Shown: positions 36,491 to 47,286 of the stretch, in pieces
Layout: each line of letters starts with the position of its first letter
How positions within the stretch are numbered: position 1 is the first letter of the stretch
Source: Schmidtea polychroa
Taxonomy: Eukaryota
Assembly (NCBI GenBank): GCA_044892525.1
Contig: CM097887.1
Span: 80,082,397 to 80,146,396 of the forward strand
Direction of reading: 5' to 3'
Length of the DNA stretch: 64,000 nucleotides
Notes under the pieces: model-generated
What the model was told of the DNA's origin: nothing
Database searches by the model: none
Seen by the model: only the letters and a program-made list of their open reading frames with translations
Position numbers and translations under genes: made by a program

Positions 36491-37270
36491 ATGGATACTT
36501 GGAAACCAATTTTAAATAGACATAAATCTAAATTTAATAATAAAGTATTTCCTGATAATTTTAGATGCTTAATTATTGGATCTTCTGGATGTGGAAAGAA
36601 TGTTCTTCTTATGAGAATGTTATTAGAAGATGGTTTTTTGGATTATAATAATTTAATCTTTTATTCTACAACCATTAACCAACCATTATTACAACTTTTG
36701 AAATGTGGATTTGAAAATAAATTAACTAAAAAAGCTATAATTGATATTTTTAAAAATCAACTTACATATCCCGAAGAGGTTTTTCATCCTTGTGATATGG
36801 TTGATTGGTACAAGGAAAAGATTTTAGAATCAGATATTAGTAATAAAAATGATTATATAGGGGATGGAATCCAGATCTTATTCTCTAATAAACCTGAAGA
36901 TGTTTTACATTGTGATTTACTTCCTAAAGATAAAAAGAATCTAGTTATATTTGATGATGTTGTTAACATGAAAAATCAAGAGATTCAAAAGAGTTACTTT
37001 ACACGAGGTAGACATAATAATTTTAATGTTATTTATATATCTCAAACATATTATGCTTTAGATAAAAACTCTATAAGAAATAATTCTAATTGTTTTATAT
37101 TTTTTAAATTAGACAAGCGTGATAAGAATATGATTTATAATGATTTATTTTCAAATGTTGAACCTGATAAGAATATGTTTGATATGTTTGTTGATAATCA
37201 TTGGAAAGAAAAATATAATTATATTTATTTGGATAGAGAAGAAGCTGAAATATGGAAAAGTTTGTTTTAG
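36491..37270 (+). CDS. A32/FtsK-like genome packaging ATPase, 259 aa
   Basis: Walker A IIGSSGCGKN (atypical N), Walker B LVIFDD, FTRGRHNN..IYISQ motif. Confidence 0.9.
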   Translation: MDTWKPILNRHKSKFNNKVFPDNFRCLIIGSSGCGKNVLLMRMLLEDGFLDYNNLIFYSTTINQPLLQLLKCGFENKLTKKAIIDIFKNQLTYPEEVFHPCDMVDWYKEKILESDISNKNDYIGDGIQILFSNKPEDVLHCDLLPKDKKNLVIFDDVVNMKNQEIQKSYFTRGRHNNFNVIYISQTYYALDKNSIRNNSNCFIFFKLDKRDKNMIYNDLFSNVEPDKNMFDMFVDNHWKEKYNYIYLDREEAEIWKSLF

Positions 37271-37281
37271 GGCTTGTCGAC

Positions 37282-38671
37282 TTAAAAATCTGTTTTCTGT
37301 AGTTCATTATTATAAAATCTACCTAATATTTTTTCATTATTTAAATCGATGATACCATATGTTATTGGAGTTGTATGATGTATTTTATTTATAATAAAAA
37401 TTTCATTTGTCCATTTTGCTGTGAATCCTTTTTCAAATTTATTTTTATATTTAAATATTCTTACGCGGTCACCAATTTTAAATTTTGGTTTTATAGGGGT
37501 TGTATCAACAATAACATCATTTTCAATATTTACCACTTTAACTGTTTCAGGATTCAAGGAAGCATTTAAAGGTGTTGATTTTATAGAACTATGTACATCA
37601 TTATTATATTCATTTACAATCTTTTGTAACAATTCATTGTTCCATTTTTGTTTTCCAATAGCAGTAAAATATTTCCACATTTTATTTTTTAATGTTCTAT
37701 TTAATCTTTCAACTACGACTGCTTTTCCTTCGTTTTCTGTTGAATATAATTTAATATCATTTTCATTTAAAAACTTTGTAAAAACTTTGTTATAAAATTC
37801 TGTTCCTTTATCACACCATAAATATTTTGGAATTCTTTGATATTCTTCAAATATATTTTCAAATGCTTCTGTAATAGAATATCCTGTTTTATTTTCTAAA
37901 CACCTTGCAAAAGCAAATCTTGTATATAAATCTATTACTGTTAAAATTATTTTATATTTTTCAGGGTCTGATGATTTGGGCATAAAGACTAAATCAGCAG
38001 ACCATGTTTGATCTTTTTCATGTACTTGAACTTTTAAATATTTTTTATTTTTTCTAAATTCATGGTGTAATTCGTTGGCATATTTTATTTGTGATTCTGT
38101 TGGGGTTTGTAAACTAGTCTTGGCTGTACTCTCGAGGGATCTTTCAATCTCTGCTTGTTCGATAATCTTTTTATTAGCAACATCTTTTGCTTTCCTAGGA
38201 AGTCCTGCTCCTATGAAAATCTTACCTTTCATTACTAATTTAACTAGAGCTCTTTGAATCTTTTCTTGGGTTGATGGATTTTGTATATTATTTAAATCAT
38301 GTATTAAATTCACATCTGCAACATGTCTATCTCTAAGATTTGTTGAATTGTAAGCAATATCATGTTTTAAAGCTGCTTGGTCGATTCTATTTATTGGTTC
38401 TTCTCCTTGTTTAGGATTATTATTTTCATCTAATCTAATATCTAATCTTGTTCCTGGCCCAGTATAATTGTGTTTAAATAAATGTCTTTCACCTGGATAT
38501 TTTTCTGTAGTAAAAGGTTTTAATATTGAAGATGTTGTTTTTGAAGATTGTAGATCACCTCCTGTTCGTGTAATATCGCCCCCTATATGTTTTTTTAGAT
38601 TTTAGATGACTTGCTTTATGGTGTTTTCTAACCCGACAATTACAAGTTTCACATTTCCAATATTTACTCAT
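37282..38671 (-). CDS. Zinc finger - parvovirus-type PLA2 - retroviral-type (rve) integrase fusion, about 462 aa; one extra base in a T7 run at 38590-38596
   Basis: Frame open from 38601 to 37282: HNYTGPGT..PINRIDQAALKHDIAY..RHVAD (PLA2), then WSADL, VIDLYTRF, WCDKGTEF, VERLNRTLK (DDE). ATG 38671 gives MSKYWKCETC..HLKSKK, which joins H-I-G-G if one A is removed (1390 nt = 463 codons + 1). Confidence 0.88.
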
Positions 38672-38700
38672 TTTAAAAGTTTTTTTATGGGGGAATCTAC

Positions 38701-39996
38701 TTATGAAGAATCTCCCCTAACATTTTCAATAATTGAAATCTTTCCACCATATAATTTCATTTCTATTTTCTTTTTTTCTAATATTAATGTATATACTTTA
38801 GCTTTAAAATTAGAATCCTTTGTTACATGAAGCGTAACATCAACATTATTTATGGCTAGGCGATCATCTTGGTCTGATACATTTATACAAAATATAGAAT
38901 ATAAATTTTTGAAATCTTCTAAACTTAATTGCGGTTCAACTTTGAAATCATAACATGTTTCAATATAATTTAGATATGGGAATATGTTTTCATTATTTTC
39001 AATATTAAATTCCATTCTATTTATTGGATAATAAGAACTATTTAATTGAATTTGGATTGTTTTTAAATTATCATCTCCAATCTTTTGAATAAATAGATTG
39101 TTATTTTTTTGGAAAGATGAATCTGTTTCTTTGAATCCAATCAAGATATATCTTGGTCGGTATGCTAAATTTGCTACCTTTATAGAATAAGTTGAGCCTT
39201 CTGTCATACTGAATTCACTACAGATTCTATTTAAATAATTTACATTTATAGATTTGTTGGAATTTAATCTTTCAAGGAGTTTGATTTCAGAATGTGGATT
39301 TAATGTCCATTCAGGTATATGCAATTCAAGTGTTGATAATTTTAATTTAGCTTTTGTATCTGCAGCTCCATAGAACAATCTTTTATCACCTTCTAGTCTA
39401 TTACAGATGAGTTCTATAAAAACATTATGGAGCACCCGGTTATAGTTTTGAAGGAATCCGAACAAGTGTTTTAATTCAAAATAACCTTCAAATTTTTTCA
39501 ACTTATAAAGTTCAACTCTTTTATAGTAAGCATAATTTATATCTAAACCATCTTTATCTAAATCCCCTTTATTAACATCAGGAATCCAACCTGTTAATTC
39601 ACCATATTCGTTTTTATAATCACAACCAGTCAAAATAAAATTTAACATTGTAGAATATACTCCTGGATGTAAAACAGTTTCAATTTCTGATGATCCTAGT
39701 TTTAATCTCATGTTGGAGAATAAATTTGGAAAGAAATTGTTTTCTAGGGTTATATCTTTGTTTGCTTCAATTTCTAATTCAATTTTATAATATAATTTGG
39801 CATTACAAATATCTATTGGGTTTGATGTTTGAAGAGATTGAAAAACTATATCACCCCTACGATTTAAGTTTGCAATAGATCCTGAAGTTGGCGAGATTTT
39901 TAAAATATCATTTTTCTTGATTTCATGAGTAAATTCTTTATTATAATCAAGATTTAATTTATTTTTTTCTTGAATTTTGAGATTTATATTATTCAT
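38701..39996 (-). CDS. Major capsid protein (double jelly-roll hexon-like), 431 aa
   Basis: NNFFPNLFSNMRLKLGSSEIE, ELKHLFGF, LELHIP, PRYILIGF, IQLNSSYYP, SIFCINVS motifs and size typical of Polinton MCPs. Confidence 0.88.
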   Translation of the reverse strand: MNNINLKIQEKNKLNLDYNKEFTHEIKKNDILKISPTSGSIANLNRRGDIVFQSLQTSNPIDICNAKLYYKIELEIEANKDITLENNFFPNLFSNMRLKLGSSEIETVLHPGVYSTMLNFILTGCDYKNEYGELTGWIPDVNKGDLDKDGLDINYAYYKRVELYKLKKFEGYFELKHLFGFLQNYNRVLHNVFIELICNRLEGDKRLFYGAADTKAKLKLSTLELHIPEWTLNPHSEIKLLERLNSNKSINVNYLNRICSEFSMTEGSTYSIKVANLAYRPRYILIGFKETDSSFQKNNNLFIQKIGDDNLKTIQIQLNSSYYPINRMEFNIENNENIFPYLNYIETCYDFKVEPQLSLEDFKNLYSIFCINVSDQDDRLAINNVDVTLHVTKDSNFKAKVYTLILEKKKIEMKLYGGKISIIENVRGDSS

Positions 39997-40043
39997 TTTT
40001 ATATATTAAAATTAATATATCCAATAAAAAAAATATTTATAAA

Positions 40044-40313
40044 ATGACTGACTTAATTGAAAGAATGAGAAATGAATTGAATGAAGTTAAACATAAGAGA
40101 ATGAAAAGAAGAGAAAAAGAACCATTAGAATATATCAAAGAGTTGATGGTAGAGAATGAAAACTATCGACATTTTTACATGAAAGCTGTAGAAGTTGCTG
40201 AGATAAGGTTAAAGAAAATGAAACAATTACGGGAAAGAGTTAAAGAACTTGAATCGATTATTTATAGTTGTAAAAATGACAAAATTTTGAAACCTGATAG
40301 CGCAGTGGGCTAG
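40044..40313 (+). CDS. Small basic coiled-coil hypothetical protein, 89 aa
   Basis: Divergent from MCP, TATAAAATG start context, helical charged sequence. Confidence 0.55.
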   Translation: MTDLIERMRNELNEVKHKRMKRREKEPLEYIKELMVENENYRHFYMKAVEVAEIRLKKMKQLRERVKELESIIYSCKNDKILKPDSAVG

Positions 40314-40372
40314 GCTGGCACAGTGGTTCAAATGGATAGTGGTTCAAATCACATCTGAGGTTAGTTTTTTTT
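40291..40372 (+). ncRNA. Candidate Pol III small RNA, copy 1 (tRNA/VA-RNA-like promoter)
   Basis: A box TAGCGCAGTGG 40298-40308, B box GGTTCAAATC 40341-40350, T8 terminator 40365-40372; AACCT/AGGTT terminal pairing. Confidence 0.5.
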
Positions 40373-40522
40373 CAACATAAAATAATATTAAAAATTTGAA
40401 AATAATATTGAAAATAGTGTGGGTATCTTATATTTATAAAGTACTTGTATATTTTATTTTATTTATTTTATTTTATTTTATTTTTTTATTAATTAAAAAT
40501 TTAAAAAATGACAAAAATCCAA

Positions 40523-40604
40523 AGTCTAATAGCGCAGTGGGCTAGACTGACATAGTGGCTCAAATGCTAGTGGTTCAAATCATATCTGAGGTTAGTTTTT
40601 TTTT
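40523..40604 (+). ncRNA. Candidate Pol III small RNA, copy 2
   Basis: A box 40530-40540, B box 40572-40581, T9 terminator 40596-40604; part of a ~232-bp tandem duplication. Confidence 0.5.
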
Positions 40605-41223
40605 CAACATAAAATAATATTAAAAATTTGAAAATAATATTGAAAATGGTATGGGTATCTTAGATTTATATTTTATTTTATTTATTTTTATTTTATTTTA
40701 TATATTTTATTAATTAATTAATTTTTTAAACATAAATATGAAAAAAAAAATATTGAAACGGGTGATGGTGGCGAACCGGCAATTATCGCCACCAGTCTTT
40801 CGAACACCCCCGGATCGATTCTATAATGTGCACATTTATTTCTTGGTTGTTTTCGGACCTCTTTCGGATTCGCTTTCGAATTCATTTGTACTTTCGAGCA
40901 GCACACTTAAAACGCCGATGAAATCGACTTCGTGAGCGAGAAGCGAATAATAAGGTGTGCTGCTATTATCGAATTGATTCTGATATATAAGTCTGGCCAG
41001 CTTGTATATTGGAAGAGATTTGATAAACGAAAGAGGTTGAAATAAAAAAAAAAAAAATGATCCGGATCAAAAAAAACTGTTGAGAGGACAGTGAAAAAAA
41101 AAAAAAAATACCACTGTCCTCTCAGAGCAGTTTTACTATTTTCATAAAATTTTTTATTCTTCAAGATTAAGATTTATAAAATTATAAATTAGTCAAATAG
41201 CAACTTGCTAGTTGACATCCTCA

Positions 41224-41509
41224 AGTAGTGTGTTTATATCCCTAACGACCGCAAGCCGACAAACGTTTTTCATAGTTTTATCAGTATTTTTTTCCCCGTT
41301 TTATTAATATTTTTGTTGTTTTTTTAATATTTTTGTTGTTTTTTTTAAGTCTTTATTTTGAAACCAAAATGTCTTCAGAATAAAGAAATTAAAAGATATA
41401 GGTTTTTAGGGGTTTTAAGTGTTTTTTTTTACGTTTATGGGGGAAAAATAGGTATAAAACATGAAAACAGTGGGAGGCTTGTGGTCGTTAGGGATATATC
41501 CCCACTACT
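41224..41509 (-). repeat. Right terminal inverted repeat with internal inverted copy of the terminus
   Basis: 41224-41257 AGTAGTGTGTTTATATCCCTAACGACCGCAAGCC pairs with the element end; about 10 mismatches to the left TIR over the outer ~108 nt (hand count). Confidence 0.9.
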
Positions 41510-42479
41510 ATTGTTATTCTGCTCATCGCTTTAAGGGTCACTTTTTTATAGTAAATCTTTATTTTTGTTTCTTTGAATTTATCTCACGACTACTTTAAAT
41601 ATTCCTTAATTCCAAATTTAATCCCTTGAAATAAAAATAATTTTTTATTATTTCCAAAACATTTCCTTTCTACTGAGACTGTCAGCAAAGAATCACCTAT
41701 TTATGCCTGGAGTACATCAAAGACTTTACGCTTCCAGTAGTTTGATTTATAGAAAATTTAGTATTGAAAGCAGAAAAACCTAGGAGGTACTTCCGGCATA
41801 AATGGTGCTCATTCCTCTGGAGAAGTTTTCGTGAAGCAAAATGGTTGGGAAAAAATATAATGGTAAAAATATTTTTATTGAAAGAGATTTTTTTTGCGCG
41901 GAAGTGGAGGTTAATCTTATTTTATATTATATTCATGCAGGTAGCATAAATATTCTATCATTTGTTCGTTGATTAATTAATTTATTATCAAGTATTTGAA
42001 CTAATTAATTTGTATTTGTATAATTAGTTGTCAGTAATTATATTATTATATTCGTTTTTAAGTTTTCGTTTGCTACCTATCCATGCAGGTCAATCCAAAA
42101 ATATTGATTTTTAAATTTTTAATTATATTTTGTATTTAATTTAATTTTTAAATTTTAGTTAATTTTATCGAAGTATTATTAATTTGTATTCGAAAGTTGT
42201 GCATTAATATTTTATTTGCACTCATTAATGTAACTCCAATACTATTAACATAATTTGTTCCTATAAAATGAAAGCAGGTAATTTACTATTTTTATTACGT
42301 TTTATTTATTCAAAAAAATCAACCTTCAAAACATGGCTTTTGAAACTCTATATTTCACTCTTAATTTCAATATATTTTAGATATAATTATATTATCTCTT
42401 TAATCCGAATAAATAAATAAGAATTTATATTGAAATAAGGAAATAACACTAAATTTGACATATCAATATTTTTAAAATT

Positions 42480-42660
42480 ATTTCACTTCCGTGAACGAAT
42501 CGGTCGGAAATTTCGGTAGAATAGTGTTTTCGATAACAAATCTACTTGCCAAATTTCAGTTCAATCTGATCACGGAAAATAGGTTAATTTGGCTTCACAA
42601 ATTTTGTGTGGCACATACAAACATACATCAGCGAAGTTAATATAGAGAAAGTAAAAATAA
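42480..42660 (+). mobile_element. Possible Helitron-associated non-autonomous (HINE-like) 3' fragment
   Basis: GCCAAATTTCAG..CTGATC..ACATACAAACATACAT pattern resembles invertebrate HINE 3' regions; similarity only by eye. Confidence 0.3.
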
Positions 42661-43964
42661 CTTTTATAATATTATTTAAACAAATGTTTGAGAGTATAGT
42701 AATGTATAAATAAAGAACTGAACAAACAACATTTATATTCTTGTTATTTGAGTTAAAACATAGGGAAAAGGTTTAGTAAAAAGATTTAGTTTATTCATAA
42801 ATATTTACTGTCATCAATGATGTATTTATTTTCTTTCCGGTTCCATGGATTTTAAATTGTAAATTTTAACCAGTGAAACACCACAACACTCCTCCCCAAA
42901 TAATATAAAATACATAAAAAATGAAATCATACCAATACTTTATTATTACCAAATTGCACATTTGTCATATAAGAACTGTAATAATAAATAATATACTAAT
43001 AATATAAGGTAGTCGTAGCATTCACAACAAAACATCAACATTATCAATACTTCCAAGCTCGGTTTGGCTCGGGTTCTATTTCCTTAGCAACTAGTATGCG
43101 TTCATAAATTGCTGATTTGTAGTGTATCAGCCAGTAGTTCACATATTCTTCCGGCTTTCATAAACTTAAAGGAAGTCTAGGAAGTTTCAAGATCATCTAA
43201 GATGAAACATGTGTTGTTATTAGGCATGTACGTTTCTCTGTCACAATTAAGTTCATGTGACAAAAACCCATTTTATATTCGGATGTGCAGAATGGTATAA
43301 CATTGCAGATGTTTTAATCGCTTTCATATTAAAGTGTTGTGTTGTAGTAAACGACTTTGGATGTATGATTAGATATACGATTACTGCATGAGAAAAGTCA
43401 CATTAACAAAAAATATTTTGCTTACTTTTGTGACCACACTGTGCTCACTGCGATAAGCCCTATTGTTATGTAAGGAGTGCAGCTACAGCCGAACCAAAAA
43501 GCCCGTTGTAACTGCAAATAAATCAATTTGAAACATATTTATCACCAACTAAGTTTGTCACCACGAAGTCTTTTTAAGCAGATACACTTCACCGTTTTAC
43601 TTCTTGTGTTTGCAGGTTGTGGACCTCATACACTAATATAGATGCTAGATTGGTTGGGATCTCGTGTTGAAATTGTCAACAACGGGATCTCAATCAATCC
43701 CTCTAAATCAATGATAAAGAAATGAAAAAAAACATCATAGGTAATCATACTAAATCATACATTAATAAAAATTCCTTACTTCTTTCAAGACTGTTCACAA
43801 AATCGATTCAACAAAATAGTGCAATCTTAGTAACAAAGTGATCCGCTTTTGGCAAAAAGAGTAAGTTTCACTTTTGACACAAGAAGTTTCACTCTTAGCA
43901 AAAAGAAGAAGTAGTTTCGCTTTTGGCGAAAAGGAAGTGATCTTGTGACTGAAATGCACCGGTA

Positions 43965-44695
43965 TATATACCTTATTTTTGGTGTGCAAGTTTGTGTGCA
44001 TGTATTAGTTCAGTAAAACAAATCGGAATTATTTTAATTCTAGAATTTTCTACTTTTGATTTTTTTTGATTTTCTTGACGATTTTTTCGCAATAATTTTT
44101 ATTTTATTTTTCAAAATTTTATTTTGTAATTATTTTTTGCAAAATTTGCCTCCATGATGGATTTTGGGCATTTCCAGAACATTCCATTTCTAACTTAATC
44201 TAATTCTTAAATTTGGACGTTGTTTTTCGTAAATTTTTCTTAAAAATTTTTATATTTTAACTAAAATATTTATTCTTATAACTTTTATTAGGTCGTTCGG
44301 CGGCCATGATGGATTTCGCAATTTTAATGGATTGTTCTGGATTTTTTTTATTGAAATTCTCTGTATTTTTCTTTAAATGGGTTTCTTACGAAAATTTTAT
44401 TTAACTCTTTTCTTTGAATTTTTAAATCGTCATTATTCGGATTTGGTTTTGGTTGTTTTGTATGTTTTTCTGTTGTACATGAGTAAGATTTGTGCAATAC
44501 TTCTTGTTGGGTGTCATTTTATTTTATTTGGATGTTTTAATTTTTTGTGTGTTGTTTTCCTTATTATTAATTGGTGTTTTAAATGTTTTGATTTTAATTA
44601 TCTTAGTGCTGAGTTGCAGGTTGTGTACCAATATATTTCAGTCATGAACTTAGTTTTTTAGGTCTAGGAATCAGTTCTAGCCCAACACATTATTG
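43965..44695 (+). repeat. Dispersed ~730-bp repeat, copy A
   Basis: Collinear with 50465-51195 (shared TTTTTGGTGTGC, CCTCCATGATGGATTT.GGGCATTTCCAGAACATTCC, GCGGCCATGATGGATTTCGC, TTCTAG.CCAA). Confidence 0.75.
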
Positions 44696-46296
44696 ATTAA
44701 AAAGCAATTTGCAGAGAAAAGAGTGAACAGCAGTAGGGCAAATAGTTACAGAACGAGGAATTATTAAAATTATATCAGCGATTAAAACAGCTTCTGCCAG
44801 AAGGAATTGATATAAAAGAAACTAGTAGAAATTTAGAAAATTATAAAACGTGCAAGCTATATCAGCTTAGTAAAAGAGATTTTAACTATAAGGTTATTTA
44901 ATCTATTTATTTTAAAGATAAGCACACCCGATTACGAGAAACAGCATTTCTGCCTGTCTTACTTGTTGGACTAAAATTTTAGAAGGGAATTATACTAGGA
45001 ACGTTAGATCACCCTTGATCTAATCGATCGAGTAAATTTCGCGCAACTCCCTATTTCTCTAACCAAACTTAATATACAGTGCTGAGAGCAATTAGATCTA
45101 GCATTTGTTACTTACTCTGAGGACGTTTTGTATAACCGATTTCTTTACTTTATAGAATCAGCGGCATTTTTGGGTGTATTATATATTTTGTGCATATTAA
45201 ATAAATCTTTAAAAACATCAGCGTCTTATCTTCGTTAATTCATAAATTTATATTTACATGCACATATATTTATATATCTTTGGAGTCAGATAAATCAGTC
45301 TGTGTTAGAAAATATCTTATCCACCAGATCAGAACCTAACAGATTGAATAAATTGTGATATCATTATCTTTTTGGGGTCAAAGAAAACTATTTTTTCGGA
45401 AAAAGAATTAATTAATTACTCGGAAGTAATTAAAAGAATAAATATAATTTTTTTAAAATATCTAGTGACATAATACATACAACTATAAGTTTATTATATC
45501 AATATAACCTCATGGAATTTGACAGAAAATTCCAACAATATATTTTCGAAATTTTATCTGACTGTTCAAAATTCGTTTAAGTGAAGATTCTTATCATAAA
45601 AGTTTGAAGTGGACGGGGATGATTAAGAAATTAAGTACATAATGAAAAGATGAAGGGACAAGATGAGACAAGTCACGACACCTTCTAAAGTAACTTATGA
45701 ATCCAGCGACTCGTTGGGTCATTATCAGTTCTCGTTGTAAAGCTCACTTTTTACCGAGGGTCACCCACTAAATCGCAATTCCAATATTGCTTGCGACGAG
45801 CGTTTAGTGATCGATTAAAATAATTATTCGCGGTTTCAGAAAGGAATAAGAAAATGAGAAAGCGTTGGTCGAATAGGAGTCCCGAAGTGAAAGATCCTCC
45901 AGCATGTAACCCGGTATTTTTATTCCCAGAAGTTCTATTATTCTAACTTTGGCAATCTTCAAAAAAATATAAAATAAAATTTTTATTATTTATATTAATA
46001 AAAAAGTTTTATAACCTTATATCTGTTTGTCAACACAGATAATATAATAAATAGATAATCTAATTACTCGAAAGAGTTTAAAATTTTTCACAAATGAAGT
46101 TCCTTATTATTTTTAATTTGAAAATATATTGCTAGTGTTAAATCATTATTATTTAGTCATTATTTAAATATTTATAAGAAATAAAATAAAAATAACAAGT
46201 CTTTGTTTAAAATAATATATTTGCCTAAATATTTGAAAATGTTTATATAATTAAATTAATTGGTATAAAAATTATTTTATTCTTATTCTAGATATA

Positions 46297-46893
46297 ATGT
46301 TAGAAACTAAAGTCAACGTAATCTGTATTTTGGGTGGACCTGGAGCTGGTAAAACTACGTTGAGTACGGCTCTAATAAATAAAATTCCAAATTCAATAGT
46401 TTTAAAGTCTGGTTCATTAATAAGATCTTCGTTAAATTCATTTGATCATAAAGAATGCAAAAATTTAAGCTTTGTTATGGAGCAAGGTGGGTTGGTTGAT
46501 GACAAAGTGGTTTGTCAAATAATGAAAAATGAGATATTAAAAATAATCAAAAAAGGATCTGTGCATAACATAATATTCGATGGCTATCCAAGAACTTTGG
46601 AGCAGCTAAAGAATTTTGATCATCTACCCGTTAATTTATGTGGCATAATAGTTCTCGAGGCGCCTGAACTAATACTTGAAAAACGCTGCAAAATTCGTAA
46701 TTTGCGTACAGATCGAATAGATGATTTACAGCAGCCGGTTGCAGAGCGTGTTCAAGATTTCCGTAATCACATAGAAGAAATTTTAAGTGAATCGAAGGGA
46801 AAATCTATTAAAAATTTGAAAATTAGCACTTGTGGATCTGTTGAAGACACAACCCATCATGCAGTGACTTTCGCATTACAATTGAATCTTTGA
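46297..46893 (+). CDS. Adenylate/UMP-CMP kinase family NMP kinase, 198 aa
   Basis: ILGGPGAGKTT P-loop, SGSLIR, GGLVDD, IIFDGYPRTLEQ, KR..R.DD short LID; AG acceptor-like context just upstream so a 5' exon is possible. Confidence 0.85.
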   Translation: MLETKVNVICILGGPGAGKTTLSTALINKIPNSIVLKSGSLIRSSLNSFDHKECKNLSFVMEQGGLVDDKVVCQIMKNEILKIIKKGSVHNIIFDGYPRTLEQLKNFDHLPVNLCGIIVLEAPELILEKRCKIRNLRTDRIDDLQQPVAERVQDFRNHIEEILSESKGKSIKNLKISTCGSVEDTTHHAVTFALQLNL

Positions 46894-47286
46894 GTATTTT
46901 CGTGATATTTTTCTTCAAATTCTCCTAATTATATTAAAATATATTTATAATTGGTTTTGATTTATTATTTCTATTAATCAAGTTTGAGTGAACGATAATT
47001 TTGAATTATATTTGAAATTCCTGATTTGTTTGTTTAGTAGGATTATTAGGCTCTTATTGTTATTATGTAAATGGCCATAATTTTATTTTACTGATATCAA
47101 TTCAAATATAATTGTTTATTTCTTACGTAACTTCTGTAAGTTCAGTGGAACTGTATAGAATGAATATTTTGTTGTCAATCTAAATTAATTATTTTTATAT
47201 TATAGTTTACGTTGGTTATCACATAATGACAAAAACGGAAATTGGAATTAATATTATAGCTAGATAAAACTTTGCATCAATTAAAT

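Larger units (their letters stand above)
27216..41509. mobile_element. Polinton/Maverick (adintovirus-like) endogenous virus, 14,294 bp
   Basis: Ends AGTAGTGGGGATATATCCC / GGGATATATCCCCACTACT; perfect 6-bp TSD ATTGTT (27210-27215, 41510-41515); PolB, integrase, ATPase, protease, major and minor capsid genes inside. Confidence 0.97.

Noticed and set aside
38588-38598. A-AAA-AAC slippery heptamer as a programmed -1 frameshift for the integrase fusion
   Set aside because: Joining the frames needs +1 (or -2), not -1; a homopolymer indel is more likely.
40291-40363. Bona fide tRNA gene
   Set aside because: No pairable anticodon stem, and the D and T stems are defective; kept only as a Pol III ncRNA candidate.
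40912-40950. Hammerhead-like CCGAUGA...GAAU
   Set aside because: Core deviates (C at U4, no G10.1-C11.1 pair, no A15.1-U16.1 stem or cleavage triplet).
44700-45060. Possible gypsy integrase debris (TCKLYQLSK, DRVNF)
   Set aside because: Motifs too eroded to support a call without a profile search.
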